Both the position numbers and the translations under genes were made by a program. Positions 1-11,067 of a stretch of DNA of 64,000 bases are shown one piece after another; the first letter of the stretch is position 1; each line of letters begins with the position of its first letter. This stretch comes from Pelagomonas calceolata (taxonomy: Eukaryota): NCBI GenBank assembly GCA_918797485.1, contig CAKKNE010000005.1, positions 3,348,001-3,412,000 on the forward strand, read 5' to 3'. Under the pieces are notes generated by a model. It was not told the origin of the DNA, searched no databases, and was given only the letters and a program-made list of their open reading frames with translations.

Positions 1-2
1 GC

Positions 3-1805
3 TTCGCCAAGCTGAAGAATTGGGAGGACGCCGAGGAGGAGTCGCGACGCGCGTTGGAGCTCGAACCCGCATCCATCATATACCGGAGGCGCCTCGCCAC
101 GACGTTGGATAAGGCCGGCAAGTGGGGCGCCGCCGTCTGCGAGGCGCCGCGCGGCGATCGCGTTTTCGAGGCGCGCGCGCGCGTTTTTGAACAGCGCGCG
201 ATGCTTAGGAATGATCGAGAGACGCGGGCCTACGCGAACGACGTCGCCGCGTCGGAGTGGTTGGAACTGGTCAAGGCCGACGAGGGCAACCCGCTGGTGA
301 CCGGCGCGAACCCTTTCCAGGGTCTGTCGCGCGACGAGCTGCGCCGCGAATTGGAGACAAGAAGGGAGCGTAGAAAGGCGCAGGAGGCCATCAACGCCGC
401 TTTAGATGTTGAGGACGACCGGCGCGTCGCGGCCTGTGCTGTCAGATTGTGTGCGTCGACGTTCAGGACGCGCCTGCGCAAGCGCTTCACGTCGCCGCTG
501 TTGGTTGTGGCGGACAAAGGTATGAAATTGGAGCAGACGGCGAGTGATGTGGGAGGGTGCTCCCTGTCGCGGGACCCCCTCCCGTCGAGTGGCGTCCACG
601 CGTTTTGCGTCTACCTCGACGGTGCGGTGGGCGATTTGAGAATCGGCCTCGCGGCGGAGGGCTGCGACTTCACGCGACCGCTCGGTGATGACGGCAAGGG
701 CTGGTGCGTGGGCTTTTCTCCGCACGGCCTTGTCGTGGGCCACCGGAAGCGGCAGCGCGACCTCTTGCATAGGGGCAAGGCCGTGCCTCAGCTCCAGGCC
801 CACGACTGCCTGGGCGTGGTCTGGGATGCGGACGCCAAGATTCTGGATTGCTACGTGAACGGCGTTTACAGGGGCGCCGCGTTTACGGCCATGGACTTTC
901 CCGCCGTTTGTATTGATGGCGACGGCGAGGAGATGCCCATGCCTTCACTCTATGCGGCGGTGTCCTACGGCACGGAGTGCAAGGACGCGGGCGCTTGTAA
1001 ATTTGTGTGCGGGCGCGTCGACGCGATGGAGCGCATTGAGCGACTGGCGGCCATCGACCGCTTGACCAAGGGCCGCGGCTACGGCGAAGGAGGCAAGCGC
1101 TTCGCGCTCGTGACGGAAAGTGGGGAGAGGCACCGGAAGATGGACGCCCAGAAGATGAAATTTGGTTTAACAAGGATCCACACCAAGGGCGTCGAGGACG
1201 CCGTCTGGGTGCAGACGGACCAGTGCCGCTGGACTCAAAGTGTTCAAACCGTGACGCTGATTGTGTCGCACTTTCCTGGACATAGTGTGGAGGCTCAGGA
1301 CGTCGATGTGGTGTTCAAGCAGCAGTACCTGAAAATAAGCCACCGCGTCACGGCACAAGTCTACCTCGAGGGCGCCCTGCACCGGCCCATTTTGCCTGCC
1401 GAAAGTTTGTGGTACATTGATGAAGGTGTTCTGGAGGTTGTGCTGGCGAAGGACTTGGCCCTCTACCATTCGCAGTCGGTCGTCGAGCTCAGCGCGTGGC
1501 CGCGGCTCTTCGAGTTCGACGACGACTTGTCGGATGGGGACATGGAGCACGACCAGACGGACTTGGATCCGGAGCGGAAGCGCCGCGACGATTTAGCACA
1601 ATTACGGTCGTCGCAGCAGGCGAAGTACGAGCTCGCGAAACGCGCGGCCGTCGAGGCGTCTGGCAAAGAATGGCACTGGGTCCACCGGGACGGTGAGATC
1701 GAGCCGTCCTACGCCGTCGCGGGCGAAATTGGGTATGACGTGCCGTGCGATCGCGACGCTGCGCTGCTCGCGTCGGGCGAGCCGCGGATGATGCTGGGGG
1801 CGTGA
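3..1805 (+). CDS. TPR + SPRY + CS (p23/NudC-like) domain protein, 5' end outside the window
   Basis: The frame is open from base 3 (FAKLKNWEDAEEESRRALELEP, TPR-like). SPRY-like segment (LRIGLA...LGDDGKGW...DCLGVVWD...YVNGVYRG...LYAAVS). CS-like segment (WTQSVQTVTL...LEGALHRPILPAESLWYIDEGVLEVVLAK). Confidence 0.7.
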   Translation, partial: FAKLKNWEDAEEESRRALELEPASIIYRRRLATTLDKAGKWGAAVCEAPRGDRVFEARARVFEQRAMLRNDRETRAYANDVAASEWLELVKADEGNPLVTGANPFQGLSRDELRRELETRRERRKAQEAINAALDVEDDRRVAACAVRLCASTFRTRLRKRFTSPLLVVADKGMKLEQTASDVGGCSLSRDPLPSSGVHAFCVYLDGAVGDLRIGLAAEGCDFTRPLGDDGKGWCVGFSPHGLVVGHRKRQRDLLHRGKAVPQLQAHDCLGVVWDADAKILDCYVNGVYRGAAFTAMDFPAVCIDGDGEEMPMPSLYAAVSYGTECKDAGACKFVCGRVDAMERIERLAAIDRLTKGRGYGEGGKRFALVTESGERHRKMDAQKMKFGLTRIHTKGVEDAVWVQTDQCRWTQSVQTVTLIVSHFPGHSVEAQDVDVVFKQQYLKISHRVTAQVYLEGALHRPILPAESLWYIDEGVLEVVLAKDLALYHSQSVVELSAWPRLFEFDDDLSDGDMEHDQTDLDPERKRRDDLAQLRSSQQAKYELAKRAAVEASGKEWHWVHRDGEIEPSYAVAGEIGYDVPCDRDAALLASGEPRMMLGA

Positions 1806-2040
1806 GTGTAGTTTTCTGGTGCTGTATATGTCTATTCCCCGTGTTTTTCGTCTTTTGTCTAGTATGTATGATTGCTAGGGCAAGTTTTTAGTCGAGAGGA
1901 TCGGCATTGCTTATACGCTTGGGTACGAGCCTGTGCGCTGCCAGGGCGCGGCAGGCGTATCTTCTGGTCCTGATTTCCTTTCCTTTGGCATTGCAGCGTC
2001 AGCGATGGCCCGTCGCAAGAGCTACAGCCATGTAACCAAG

Positions 2041-2490
2041 ATGCTGCTTATTGCTGCTGTCTCCGGTCTGGACGCGCCATATCTCGCAAGGCGTGGAGTT
2101 TTGGCGCGGGCGCTGCTGGTCGCGCCGGGCGCCGCGCTTGCCGGCGTCGTGGCACCAGGCGCAGCGAATGCGGGCATCGCCGACCAGCTCGAGGCCGCGT
2201 CGAGGGCGTCCGAGATCACTTACAGTCAAAACGGCCGTAATTTTGCACGCATGGCGGCCGGCGACAATTCAATGGGTGCCAAGAAGAACACTTCCTTGGA
2301 GCCGCGTGCAATGAAACGGCGGGCCACGATGGGCTGCAAGTCCGGCAAGGTCCTGGCGCAGGCAAAATTTGCCGACGAGAAGGCGTGCACGGTCGCCGTG
2401 CTCGACGGGCCCGGCGTGCAACGCGTCGTCGACGCGCTCGACGCGCTCGGCGACGAGTGCCTCGTCGATGCGACGCATGTATGCCTCTAG
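2041..2490 (+). CDS. small protein, possibly plastid/thylakoid-lumen targeted
   Basis: Hydrophobic N-terminus, an RR + hydrophobic + ANA motif (RRGVLARALLVAPGAALA...ANA), and GC3-biased codons. Confidence 0.55.
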   Translation: MLLIAAVSGLDAPYLARRGVLARALLVAPGAALAGVVAPGAANAGIADQLEAASRASEITYSQNGRNFARMAAGDNSMGAKKNTSLEPRAMKRRATMGCKSGKVLAQAKFADEKACTVAVLDGPGVQRVVDALDALGDECLVDATHVCL

Positions 2491-2539
2491 ACTATCATCT
2501 AAGATTTTATTTGTGACCCCTTCGTGTTTTGGCACGCAA

Positions 2540-4420
2540 CTACGGTGCGCGCGAGAGAAGTTCCATCTCGCGCGTCCGCGGCGTCGCCGCGCTGTGGAGC
2601 TGCTCCGCGTACGAGAGCGCGGTCCGACCGCGCTTGTCCTCAAGGGAGACGTCGGCGCCCGCCGCGAGGAGCCGCGCCACGACATCTTCGTGGCCCCCGA
2701 TGACGGCCAAGTGAAGCGGTGACATTCCTTGAGGATTCGCGGTCGACGACACGTCCGCCCCGCGCTCGATGAGCAGGTCGACGGCTTGCAAAACGCCGAA
2801 GTACGCGGCAACGTGGAGCGCGGGCGTGCGCGTGCAGTGAGTGAAGAAGACCAAATATTCCGGCGCCGTGGCGATGTCGTCGACCGCCATCGATTCTATG
2901 ATGGGTCCCATAATACGTGTGGCCACCGGAGCGTAGAGGTCGACGGGCTCACCGCTGTCGAGTATCATCTTCAAAAACTCCAGAGGCGCCGAACCATTAC
3001 CTAGAGCTGCAGAACACAAACTCCGACCGCAGCAGCCTTCCACATCGTGCGTCGTTATCATCGCGCCGAACTGCTTCGGGAACTCGTCCCGGAGCGTTTC
3101 GAGCATGCGCCGTTGTCCCGTAAAGCAAGCGCCGAGCGTCAAGGGCAGCTCGCCGTGGCCATTTCGCACTTCTAATAAAGTCTCGTCGTGCGCCGAGAGC
3201 GCCCGTATGCCGCGAACGTTGCCGGCGACGCAGGTGAAGTGAAGCGCAGTCAAGCCGAATTCGTCTATGTGTTGGCGGGGGTCCGCGCCCCGCTTTAGGA
3301 GCAGATCGACGATGGTACTGTCCCTTGCGTATTGCCCTGCAACGGCGAGAGGAGTATTTCCCTTAATCATCGTATAATGGGGTGCCTCCTGGACGTACCC
3401 GCAGTCGATGGGCGCGCCCTTGTCGAGCAAGGTCTCTACAAGATCCGCGCGGCCGGACATTACCGCGAAATGTAGCGGCGTCTGCCCCGACCCCTCGACG
3501 TTGTCCGTCGCCGACTCGAAGCGCATCGTCGCCATCCAGTCGTCGTAAGCCTCGTCCTCCTCACGTTCAAGTCCGCAGCCGTCCAGGAGCCACGTCGTCG
3601 CCGCGTGCAGCACGCGGAACGTCAGGATGTCGTCCTGAGCGAGCGCGAGCTTCTTCCTCGCGGCGATGAGGTTGCGCAACAACGGCCCGAGCTCTAGCTT
3701 GTCCGCGTCGACGGTAAAGTCACCGTGGCCGACCCGCGCCGCGACGAGAAACTCCCGACCAATGGCGCCGCCGGGCGGGAGCGTGACGACGCGCGACGGC
3801 GAGCACGCCAGGATCATGGGCTTCGCCACGGGCGACAGCGCGTTCGCCGCGAGCTCCATGCGGCACCAGCCACGCCCGCTCCACGCCAAATCATCGCGCG
3901 CGTCGCCGAAGTCCTCGTGCGTCCAGGGCCCCGCCAAGCACATGAAAAAGGCGGACGACGACACGTAGCTCACCAGCGACGCGATGGCGCGGCCCTGGGC
4001 CTCGCGGTCCTCTTGCGGGATGCTCATGTAATCGAAGAAGACGTAGCCGTCCTTCAGCTTACGAAGGTCGTCCGCCTGCAGGTGCAGGGCCGCGGAATCT
4101 TCCTTGTAGGCCAGGGCCGTCAGATAGTGCGGCGACAAGTTGCCGAGCGAGCCCGCGACGGCGCGCCGCAGCACCGACTTGAGAAGTGTGAGCTTGACGT
4201 GCTGGCTGTTGTCCGGCGCGCTGCGGCGGAGCCACGTGTGGCTGCAAAACAGCACCGGCGCGCTCATGCTGTCCTCGTACTCGACGAGGAGTCCCTCCTT
4301 CTTCAGCACCTCGTGCTTGCGGATCTCCGTGAACGACTCGTCCAAAATTGTGCTGACTTTGACCACATAGAGGGGGTGCTGTCGTCCCAGGGTCTCGGCA
4401 AAGTAGTTGGGCGCCTCCAT
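2540..4420 (-). CDS. HET-like N-terminal domain + ankyrin-repeat protein
   Basis: FCSHTWL..PD, FFDYMSIPQ and W.GRGWCR.E motifs, followed by ankyrin repeats (GQTPLHFAV, GNTPLAVA, GLTALHFTC, GMSPLHLAV). Likely start is MEAPNYF at 4420. Confidence 0.8.
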   Translation of the reverse strand: MEAPNYFAETLGRQHPLYVVKVSTILDESFTEIRKHEVLKKEGLLVEYEDSMSAPVLFCSHTWLRRSAPDNSQHVKLTLLKSVLRRAVAGSLGNLSPHYLTALAYKEDSAALHLQADDLRKLKDGYVFFDYMSIPQEDREAQGRAIASLVSYVSSSAFFMCLAGPWTHEDFGDARDDLAWSGRGWCRMELAANALSPVAKPMILACSPSRVVTLPPGGAIGREFLVAARVGHGDFTVDADKLELGPLLRNLIAARKKLALAQDDILTFRVLHAATTWLLDGCGLEREEDEAYDDWMATMRFESATDNVEGSGQTPLHFAVMSGRADLVETLLDKGAPIDCGYVQEAPHYTMIKGNTPLAVAGQYARDSTIVDLLLKRGADPRQHIDEFGLTALHFTCVAGNVRGIRALSAHDETLLEVRNGHGELPLTLGACFTGQRRMLETLRDEFPKQFGAMITTHDVEGCCGRSLCSAALGNGSAPLEFLKMILDSGEPVDLYAPVATRIMGPIIESMAVDDIATAPEYLVFFTHCTRTPALHVAAYFGVLQAVDLLIERGADVSSTANPQGMSPLHLAVIGGHEDVVARLLAAGADVSLEDKRGRTALSYAEQLHSAATPRTREMELLSRAP

Positions 4421-4675
4421 GGTGATGGGCAGCCCACTCGGCTCGTTGTCGCCGGGCAGCCGGGGAGCAACGAATATGCGACGAATGAGGTACGAGCGCT
4501 CTCCTCGCAGCCCGCCTCGCCTCCTCGTCGCCTCGGCGGCCGGCAGAGCAGCCCCAATCACGACGATCTGCGGAGTTAGAATGGGGCGGGGCGCCGCTCG
4601 CCGAAAAGTTACGCTCGTTCGAACGTGTGGGCTAGTGCTCCTCGGCCCGGCGAGACGTCGCACGGCGTTGTGCGA

Positions 4676-4700
4676 GCTAGCGGCCAGTAAGACACTAGCA
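4676..4700 (-). promoter_or_regulatory. copy of 25-bp upstream motif (consensus TGCTAGTGTCTTACAGGCCGCTAGC on the named strand)
   Basis: Plus strand GCTAGCGGCCAGTAAGACACTAGCA, 1 mismatch, in a divergent intergenic region. Confidence 0.65.
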
Positions 4701-4983
4701 AGGATGCAGGCACAGGCTGCGGATTTTTGCGAATAGCGGTGCAACCGCATGGCTAGGCCCTTGCCTAGAGGCTCGTGGTGAAGTTCGAAGGAGGCCTGCG
4801 CACGGTGAGCGCAGCGCGACCTCGTGCCGCGCGCTGGGAGCTGTCAGAGCAGAGCCTGAGAGCTGTCAGAGCAGCCGCCGCGGGGCGCCCCGAAAGCGCG
4901 GCGCTGGCCGCAAGGAAGCAAAAAGCGCGCTGGAGGTTCCCGTCCTCCTCCAGCCTAATCTAAACCCCGGTGAATAAATAGTC

Positions 4984-6603
4984 ATGGCGGACGCGCTCAG
5001 CGCCGCGGCGAAGGCGCGCCGCCAAAGGACGCCCCAGGGCAACGCGCCCGCGCCGGACCAGGTCGAGACGCGGAGCGGCCACTTGGTTGTGCGCGCGGCC
5101 GCCATCGCGGACCCGCGCGGCGTCGACGTGTCGGTCAAGCCGCGGACGTTGATTGAGCAGGCTTTGGGTTGCGACTTCGTGAGGGAGCGCTTCGTGGTCG
5201 GCGCGGGCGCGGGCACGGGCGCCTTTTCCTCGTGTTTCTTCGCGGAGGACCGCCTAGCCGAGAGGGACGTCGTCCTCAAGTTTACCGATGTCAGGAAGCG
5301 AGAGCATGCCACGATGTGTCTGCGAGAGACGGCAGTATTAAAATCCATCAGCCATCCAGCTATCGTCGGCCTCTACAGCGAACACACGATCCCGTGTGGC
5401 ACGCACCACGTCGCGGTCATGGAGGCGTTACATGGTCCTGAGTTAAATGATCTGATCGAGTCGATCGGAGCGTTGAAGGAGTCCTATGTGCGCGTGGTCG
5501 CGCGGGATGTCGCGTCGGGCCTCGGGTATCTTCATAGAAGGGGCGTTTTACACAGGGACGTCAAGCCCGACAATGTCATTTGTGTGGGGAGTAGCCGGAC
5601 GGCCGACGACCGCCCGCCGACGCGGTGCGTGCTCATCGACTTTGGGCTGGCTCGTACGCTGTCGCCGGCGGACATCGATGCCGCCGGCCTGAATTCCGAG
5701 GAGCTGGACAAGTCGCTGTCGAGACTGGCGATCGACATGTCCGCCGTCGGCAACCGCTTGTATAGTGCTCCCGAAACCAAAAGAGCTGCGCCGAAGGCCT
5801 ACCCCGAAGCCTTGGCGCCGTGCACGTCGAACTACGGCGTGGCGGCCGACGCTTATGCCCTCGGGAAGACGCTCGCGCACGCGCTGACGGGGCGCGTCGG
5901 CGAGCCGCTGACGGGCGTCGAGCAGCTCTGCGGCTTCCTTTGTTCGAGGGGCAAGCCGAAGCGCAAGACCTACTCTTCGCTAAGGGACTGCGTCTCGGAG
6001 GACTGCGCCGATGCGGTGCGCGGTTTACTGAAGGCCCGGCCCGAGGAGCGGACCAAACTAAAACAGTTTCTGGTAAGCTCGTGGGTGCGGCCGACGACGT
6101 ATGACGATAATATGGCGCCCGCTTCTTCCTTCCATTTGCTGGAGTGCGCGCTGGATCTGAGTGCGAGGCGCCGGTCCAAGGACTACGACGAGCAAAACAT
6201 GGCCAACATGAATCCCAGCGCTGCTTATAAGGGGCGCCAGGCGCCGCTCATCGAGCTGAGTTCGTCGACGAAACCCATCGTGTCGCCGCCGGACCCGCGC
6301 ATGGCCGCCGCCGCGCGGACGCCGCCCTTCGAGCGGAGTCCGCAGTCGACGCCCGCGTCGACGCCGGGCCGGAACTCGCCCTCTCAGATGGACGACCACC
6401 TCGCCGCCGTCGCCGAGAGCCCGCCGCGGCGGCGGCGGCCGCCCAAGGTTACGGGCTCCATGGAGATGGACGCGTCGCAGCGGAGCGGCGCGTCGTCGCG
6501 CAAGGAGTCGCCGACGGAGATCTATAGGACGCTCGAGGACTCGCCGACGGACCAGACGGAGCTGGACCGGCCGCAGCGGCGGCCCTCCCTCGAGATGGAC
6601 TGA
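4984..6603 (+). CDS. Ser/Thr protein kinase with low-complexity C-terminal tail
   Basis: GTGAFS, VVLK, HRDVKPDN, DFG, Y.APE and D.YALG motifs. Confidence 0.9.
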   Translation: MADALSAAAKARRQRTPQGNAPAPDQVETRSGHLVVRAAAIADPRGVDVSVKPRTLIEQALGCDFVRERFVVGAGAGTGAFSSCFFAEDRLAERDVVLKFTDVRKREHATMCLRETAVLKSISHPAIVGLYSEHTIPCGTHHVAVMEALHGPELNDLIESIGALKESYVRVVARDVASGLGYLHRRGVLHRDVKPDNVICVGSSRTADDRPPTRCVLIDFGLARTLSPADIDAAGLNSEELDKSLSRLAIDMSAVGNRLYSAPETKRAAPKAYPEALAPCTSNYGVAADAYALGKTLAHALTGRVGEPLTGVEQLCGFLCSRGKPKRKTYSSLRDCVSEDCADAVRGLLKARPEERTKLKQFLVSSWVRPTTYDDNMAPASSFHLLECALDLSARRRSKDYDEQNMANMNPSAAYKGRQAPLIELSSSTKPIVSPPDPRMAAAARTPPFERSPQSTPASTPGRNSPSQMDDHLAAVAESPPRRRRPPKVTGSMEMDASQRSGASSRKESPTEIYRTLEDSPTDQTELDRPQRRPSLEMD

Positions 6604-6814
6604 TTGATATGATATACATACTTCCCCCGCCCGACCATGAACATTACAGGACGCCAGCAGGCTCCGCTTGACCACTTGCGCGAGAAACCGCAACGTCAGG
6701 GAGTTGCCGCCTCGGAAGCCGCACTCCTCACATCGTCGCCCATCACCCCCTTGTTTGCTGCACATAGAGAATCATCCCCCATTGCTTGTAACATACTTCC
6801 CGGTTTTTAGATCT

Positions 6815-8320
6815 CTAAGAGACGGCGCAGCGGGATTGCTTTGGCGGCGGCGGCGGCGGCACGTACCCGTCCTCGTCGATGAGAGGGGGGCGGTGAGCCG
6901 GTGGTGGTCGCGACGCCCCCTTGTCGTCCTCGACATGCTGCCCCAACGTCGTGAGACCCTTGCCGTAATAATCGGCCCACGCGTGGGTATCCCGCTGTCC
7001 CGCGCGGCTGATGCGCTTTTCATTCAGAACAGGTGCCGCATTCGCTAATTCGGCGCGGCGATCGACGTCGCGCAGTCGTAGACGCCGTCTTTTCATCGGC
7101 CGCTGGGAGGCCGAATCGCGATCAAACGCGGCGATTGAGCTCGACACACGATCGCGGAAACGGACCGCGATCGTGGTTATCTCGTGCCCGCTACCGTAGG
7201 TCTGCCGCGCGACCCGCACCGATATCACCAGTAACGAAGCAGCCTCGACCATATCCTCGCGGGGAGCGTCGCCGGCGCGGTACAGCGACGACGCGAGGCC
7301 GTTCCGGAGATTGTAGGTCGTATCGTCTTCGGCTCCAAGAAGGTGCGTCGCCCTTTCGTAGGCGTCCCGTAGGAGCGTCCGGCGCCGCACCTCGAACCCG
7401 CAGCCAGCAAGACCCACCGTCAAGTTGTTGACTGCGTTCAGCGTGCTTCTATGGTCCGGACCGTACTGGCTCATGTTGTGGGCGTAGACTTCTTCGGCCA
7501 GTTGTAACGCCTCATCGTGCCGCCCGAGCTTCGTGTGACACATGATGAGCTTTACTTTGGCGGCCGTGACTCTGTCGCCGGTGGGGTCTTCGTGGCTAAA
7601 GTGCTTCTGCAGCGTCGCCAGATGCGCCTCGGCCGCGCGTAAAGCTTCGGGATAGCAGTAAAGCTCCTCCGACAGCGGCGTCACCAGCGTATCCAGGGCC
7701 CACATGCGTCGCCAGTCGTCCTCGGGCTCGGAGCAGTAAGTTTTCCAGCACTCACGGGCGAGCGCGAGTCGCGTCGTCCCCGTGAAGCTGGATCGACAAT
7801 TTCGGCACGAGTGCCACCGGAACGAGAAGGAGTTCTGGGGCGTCAGCGTCTTCGCATATTGAATCAAGCACTCGAGGTGCGCAAAGCCCGTGTTCCCGCG
7901 GCAGTTACACTCGCGCACGAGGCCGTCGCCGCCCTCGAGGCAAATGTAGCACGTGGGCGGTTCGTCTAGATCTTGCGTCGCCCGCGCTATTTCAAATGAG
8001 TTCGAACGCACGGCGGCCAGCCCCTCCTGCTTTGCTTCGACGTTCGCGTAGTGCTGCTCCAGGCCGACGCGCGCTATGTCGCCACAGATGTCCATGTGTC
8101 TCGTCCGAGCGGGGCGCACGCATTCACCGGTTTCCTCGTCGAGCGCGGCTTCGTTCCAGCGCAGACGACACCCCTCGGTCTTGTCCTTCGCACGGCAGTC
8201 GACGGAGCAGTACGGCGTCAAGCACCGGGCGCATGGGAAGATGGTGGGGGCGCCGTCCATCGGCAGGTGCTTGAGGCAGAACGCGCAGTGGAGCGGGACC
8301 AGGGTTGGGATCTCGGCCAT
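6815..8320 (-). CDS. MYND finger + RINGv + TPR protein
   Basis: CAFC...CARC...YCSVDC (MYND), CYICLE...CNCRG..GFAHLECL...CRNC (RINGv), and TPR repeats (YGPDHRSTL). Confidence 0.8.
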   Translation of the reverse strand: MAEIPTLVPLHCAFCLKHLPMDGAPTIFPCARCLTPYCSVDCRAKDKTEGCRLRWNEAALDEETGECVRPARTRHMDICGDIARVGLEQHYANVEAKQEGLAAVRSNSFEIARATQDLDEPPTCYICLEGGDGLVRECNCRGNTGFAHLECLIQYAKTLTPQNSFSFRWHSCRNCRSSFTGTTRLALARECWKTYCSEPEDDWRRMWALDTLVTPLSEELYCYPEALRAAEAHLATLQKHFSHEDPTGDRVTAAKVKLIMCHTKLGRHDEALQLAEEVYAHNMSQYGPDHRSTLNAVNNLTVGLAGCGFEVRRRTLLRDAYERATHLLGAEDDTTYNLRNGLASSLYRAGDAPREDMVEAASLLVISVRVARQTYGSGHEITTIAVRFRDRVSSSIAAFDRDSASQRPMKRRRLRLRDVDRRAELANAAPVLNEKRISRAGQRDTHAWADYYGKGLTTLGQHVEDDKGASRPPPAHRPPLIDEDGYVPPPPPPKQSRCAVS

Positions 8321-8637
8321 CTTGACCGCGTTCTGGCGATCTCGGGAGCTTATGCCGCGCCGAGTTTATCTTATTGTGAACGTGGTGGCTTGTGACCCTG
8401 GGGCCCAACTCTATCTCAGAGCTCTTGTCCGGCGCGCGCTGGTTAGCGCAGCGTAGCGGCTGTATACTGCAGCGTATCCTGCAAGTCCGGTGTCTCCTAG
8501 CGATATATACGCAGAGCTTTGCCGCGCCAGAGACCCGGTCGCCTGCGCTTAGTACTTTTACGCTAGCTTAAACAAACTGAACCCGAACCAGTCGAGAGAT
8601 TGGATACATATAATTATTAAAATAGACGATCGACAAC

Positions 8638-10275
8638 TCAGTCGCTGTGCCGCAGCCGCAGCTCGACCGGCCGCCGCCCGTGCTTGAGCGTCGCCGCCGT
8701 GTGCGCGTGGGACAGGTACCGCTCGCCGTTGACGCCCAATACGACGTCGCCGGCCCGCACGCCCGCCGCCGCCGCTTGACCCGCGGCATCCACCGAGGTC
8801 ACGAGCGACACGGCCACGAGGCCGCCCCGCTCCTCGAGGCGAAAGCCGAGCGGCCCGCTCTCGAAGGTCACGTCGTACTCGTTCGCGTCGTCGGGCGACG
8901 GGAGCCCGACCTTGGTGGTGGATCCGTCGTCGAGCTCCTCGGCGAAGACCTTGGACCCTTTACCATTGAACGCAGGGCCGCGCGCGCGCGTCACCTGGGG
9001 CGGCTTCGTCGGCGACGGCTTCAGCGCGTCGTCGATGACGATCTGCTGGGGCCGTCGAAATTTTAACAAAGTCGGCCGCGGCAGCGCGGGCAGGTCCCGG
9101 ACCACAGATTCGTAGGCCGGCGCGCTAGTCCCGTTCAGCGCTATAACCACGTCGCCCACTCTGACACCAGCTTTGGACGCCTGGCCGTCCTCGGCCACGC
9201 GCGTGACGCAGGGCGCGCCGGCGGCGTCGCGGTCGACGGTGAGGCCCAGCGGGCCGGGCCCGAACGACGCCTCGAGGACCTCGGGCTCCGGCGGCTTCCG
9301 TTTCGGCGTCGGCGGCGAGTCCGGCGGCGGCGGCGGCGCGGGCGGCGGCGGTGCCGTCTCCGGCGCGTCCTGGGCGGCCTCTGGCTCGGTGGCCGGCGGC
9401 GGCGCGCCTCCAAAGGCCGCGGACTTCTCAGGGAGCGGCGGCGGCGGCGGCGAGGCACCGCGCATCGCGTCGCGCGCGGCTTCATCGGCGCCGGCCGCGG
9501 ACGCGTCGCCGCCGAAGCGCCGCACCGTCAGCCGCAGCGGCCGCGGCGCGCGCGCGAACAGGGCCACGACCTCGTCGTAGTCGGTGGCTGGCCGCCCGTT
9601 CAGCGCAACCACATAATCGCCCACGCGGACGCCGGCCGAGTGGGCCGGCCCGTTCGTGACGACTTTGGTCACGAGCGCCATGGAACCGTTGCCCTGGATG
9701 GGCGACGTGACGCCGGGCGGCGGCAATGCTCTAGTTAACGATGCCCCTAGCGAGGGCGTGCGTAGAGCCACATCAAAATCGCGCGCGAAGCCGTCGTCGG
9801 GCTTCGGTGGAGGTTCTGGTGTGGCCGGCATACTAATAGGAGGCGGGCTCTTGGACTTGCGTCGCTGTAGCGCCATCTTCGCAACTTGCGCCTGGAGCTG
9901 CTCTCGGTAGTACGACGCCTGCTTCGTCCGATACAGGACCTCAATATCGCTATTCTCAATCGTGTGCGTCTCGAAGAAGGTTCTGAGTTGCTTGTTCCCT
10001 CCTAACAACATGGCTAACAAATTGGCCTCGGTCCAGTTGTCCATGGTTAAACTTCGTGTCACGCTCACTTTCACGCCCAGGCCCCGGTGGCGGCCCGCGC
10101 ACTGGATGCAGTGCAAGCTTCCATGCTGGACGTCGGCCCAGTCCGGCTCGGCAGCTCTACAGTCCAAACACAAGTCGTTGCCCGGTACACACCTAATCTT
10201 CTCGATGGCGTTCGGCGGCAGCGGCTGGGCCGGCGGGCTGCGCGAGGCGCGGGGCCGCCCCTTCGTTGTGGCCAT
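8638..10275 (-). CDS. ArfGAP + three PDZ-domain protein
   Basis: CLDC-x16-CIQCAGRHR ArfGAP zinc finger and three PDZ-like units (GPLG...A..AGVR.GD.V.A.NG). Confidence 0.88.
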   Translation of the reverse strand: MATTKGRPRASRSPPAQPLPPNAIEKIRCVPGNDLCLDCRAAEPDWADVQHGSLHCIQCAGRHRGLGVKVSVTRSLTMDNWTEANLLAMLLGGNKQLRTFFETHTIENSDIEVLYRTKQASYYREQLQAQVAKMALQRRKSKSPPPISMPATPEPPPKPDDGFARDFDVALRTPSLGASLTRALPPPGVTSPIQGNGSMALVTKVVTNGPAHSAGVRVGDYVVALNGRPATDYDEVVALFARAPRPLRLTVRRFGGDASAAGADEAARDAMRGASPPPPPLPEKSAAFGGAPPPATEPEAAQDAPETAPPPPAPPPPPDSPPTPKRKPPEPEVLEASFGPGPLGLTVDRDAAGAPCVTRVAEDGQASKAGVRVGDVVIALNGTSAPAYESVVRDLPALPRPTLLKFRRPQQIVIDDALKPSPTKPPQVTRARGPAFNGKGSKVFAEELDDGSTTKVGLPSPDDANEYDVTFESGPLGFRLEERGGLVAVSLVTSVDAAGQAAAAGVRAGDVVLGVNGERYLSHAHTAATLKHGRRPVELRLRHSD

Positions 10276-10657
10276 TCCTGCCACGGCGACGGCTTGCCGC
10301 GTCTCTATCCGATAAATGGGCTAATGCACCTCCTCTTGTGTTTGGCCTAGGCTGCGAGCGTCGATGGCGTAGGGCTGCGGCGTTTATAGTGATGGTTGTC
10401 CGCTGCACAACGCACCACTTTTGCAGACCCCAATGCCCCCTCAAGGGGTGAAACTACCGAGCAAAAGTGCCGGTGCAAGAAGCTAGCGTGCAGGTTACAC
10501 ACTAGATTTTAGATACAGCTCGTATCAGAGAGGCAGTAACATGATAAGCGAGGCAGTCGAGCCGTCGGCTCCTCCCGGAGAACCGAGGGAGCGAGAGAGA
10601 GAATGAATAGATAGTTAAATATAGGATTCCATTCGCGCCGCCGCCGCGTACGTCGAC

Positions 10658-11067
10658 CTAGAGAAGCTTGAAGGTCTTGCAGAGGCGCTGCTGCTTGAGG
10701 GCCCGCTGGTCGGCCTCGTCGTCCGTCGCGTTCATGCGCTTCGTGACCAGGTCGAGGGCGATGTGCTCGTGCGTGCCGGCCACCGCCAGCACGTGCACCG
10801 CGACCGACCTTTTTTGCCCGATGCGGTGGACGCGACCAATCGCCTGGCGGAACGCAGCAATGTCCAGCAGAGGCTCAAAGAAGACGGCTCGCGACGCTTG
10901 CGTTAAATTGAGACCGACGCCTCCCGCGGCGACCGTCGTCACCAGAACAGTCCAATCCGCGGCAATCGCCTTGTCCCGCTTCGCGCGAGAAGCCGCGCCC
11001 GTGAACGACGCCGTCGCGACGTCTGCAGCTTCCAGCGCGGCCACGACGAGCGGCACGCTTTCCGCCT
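10658..11067 (-). pseudogene. headless duplicate of the 3' end (HelicaseC) of the neighbouring SNF2 gene
   Basis: 135 codons differ from 14989-15398 by only 5 amino acids. Homology extends through the 3' UTR (10608 vs 14937). No homologous 5' part is present. Confidence 0.8.
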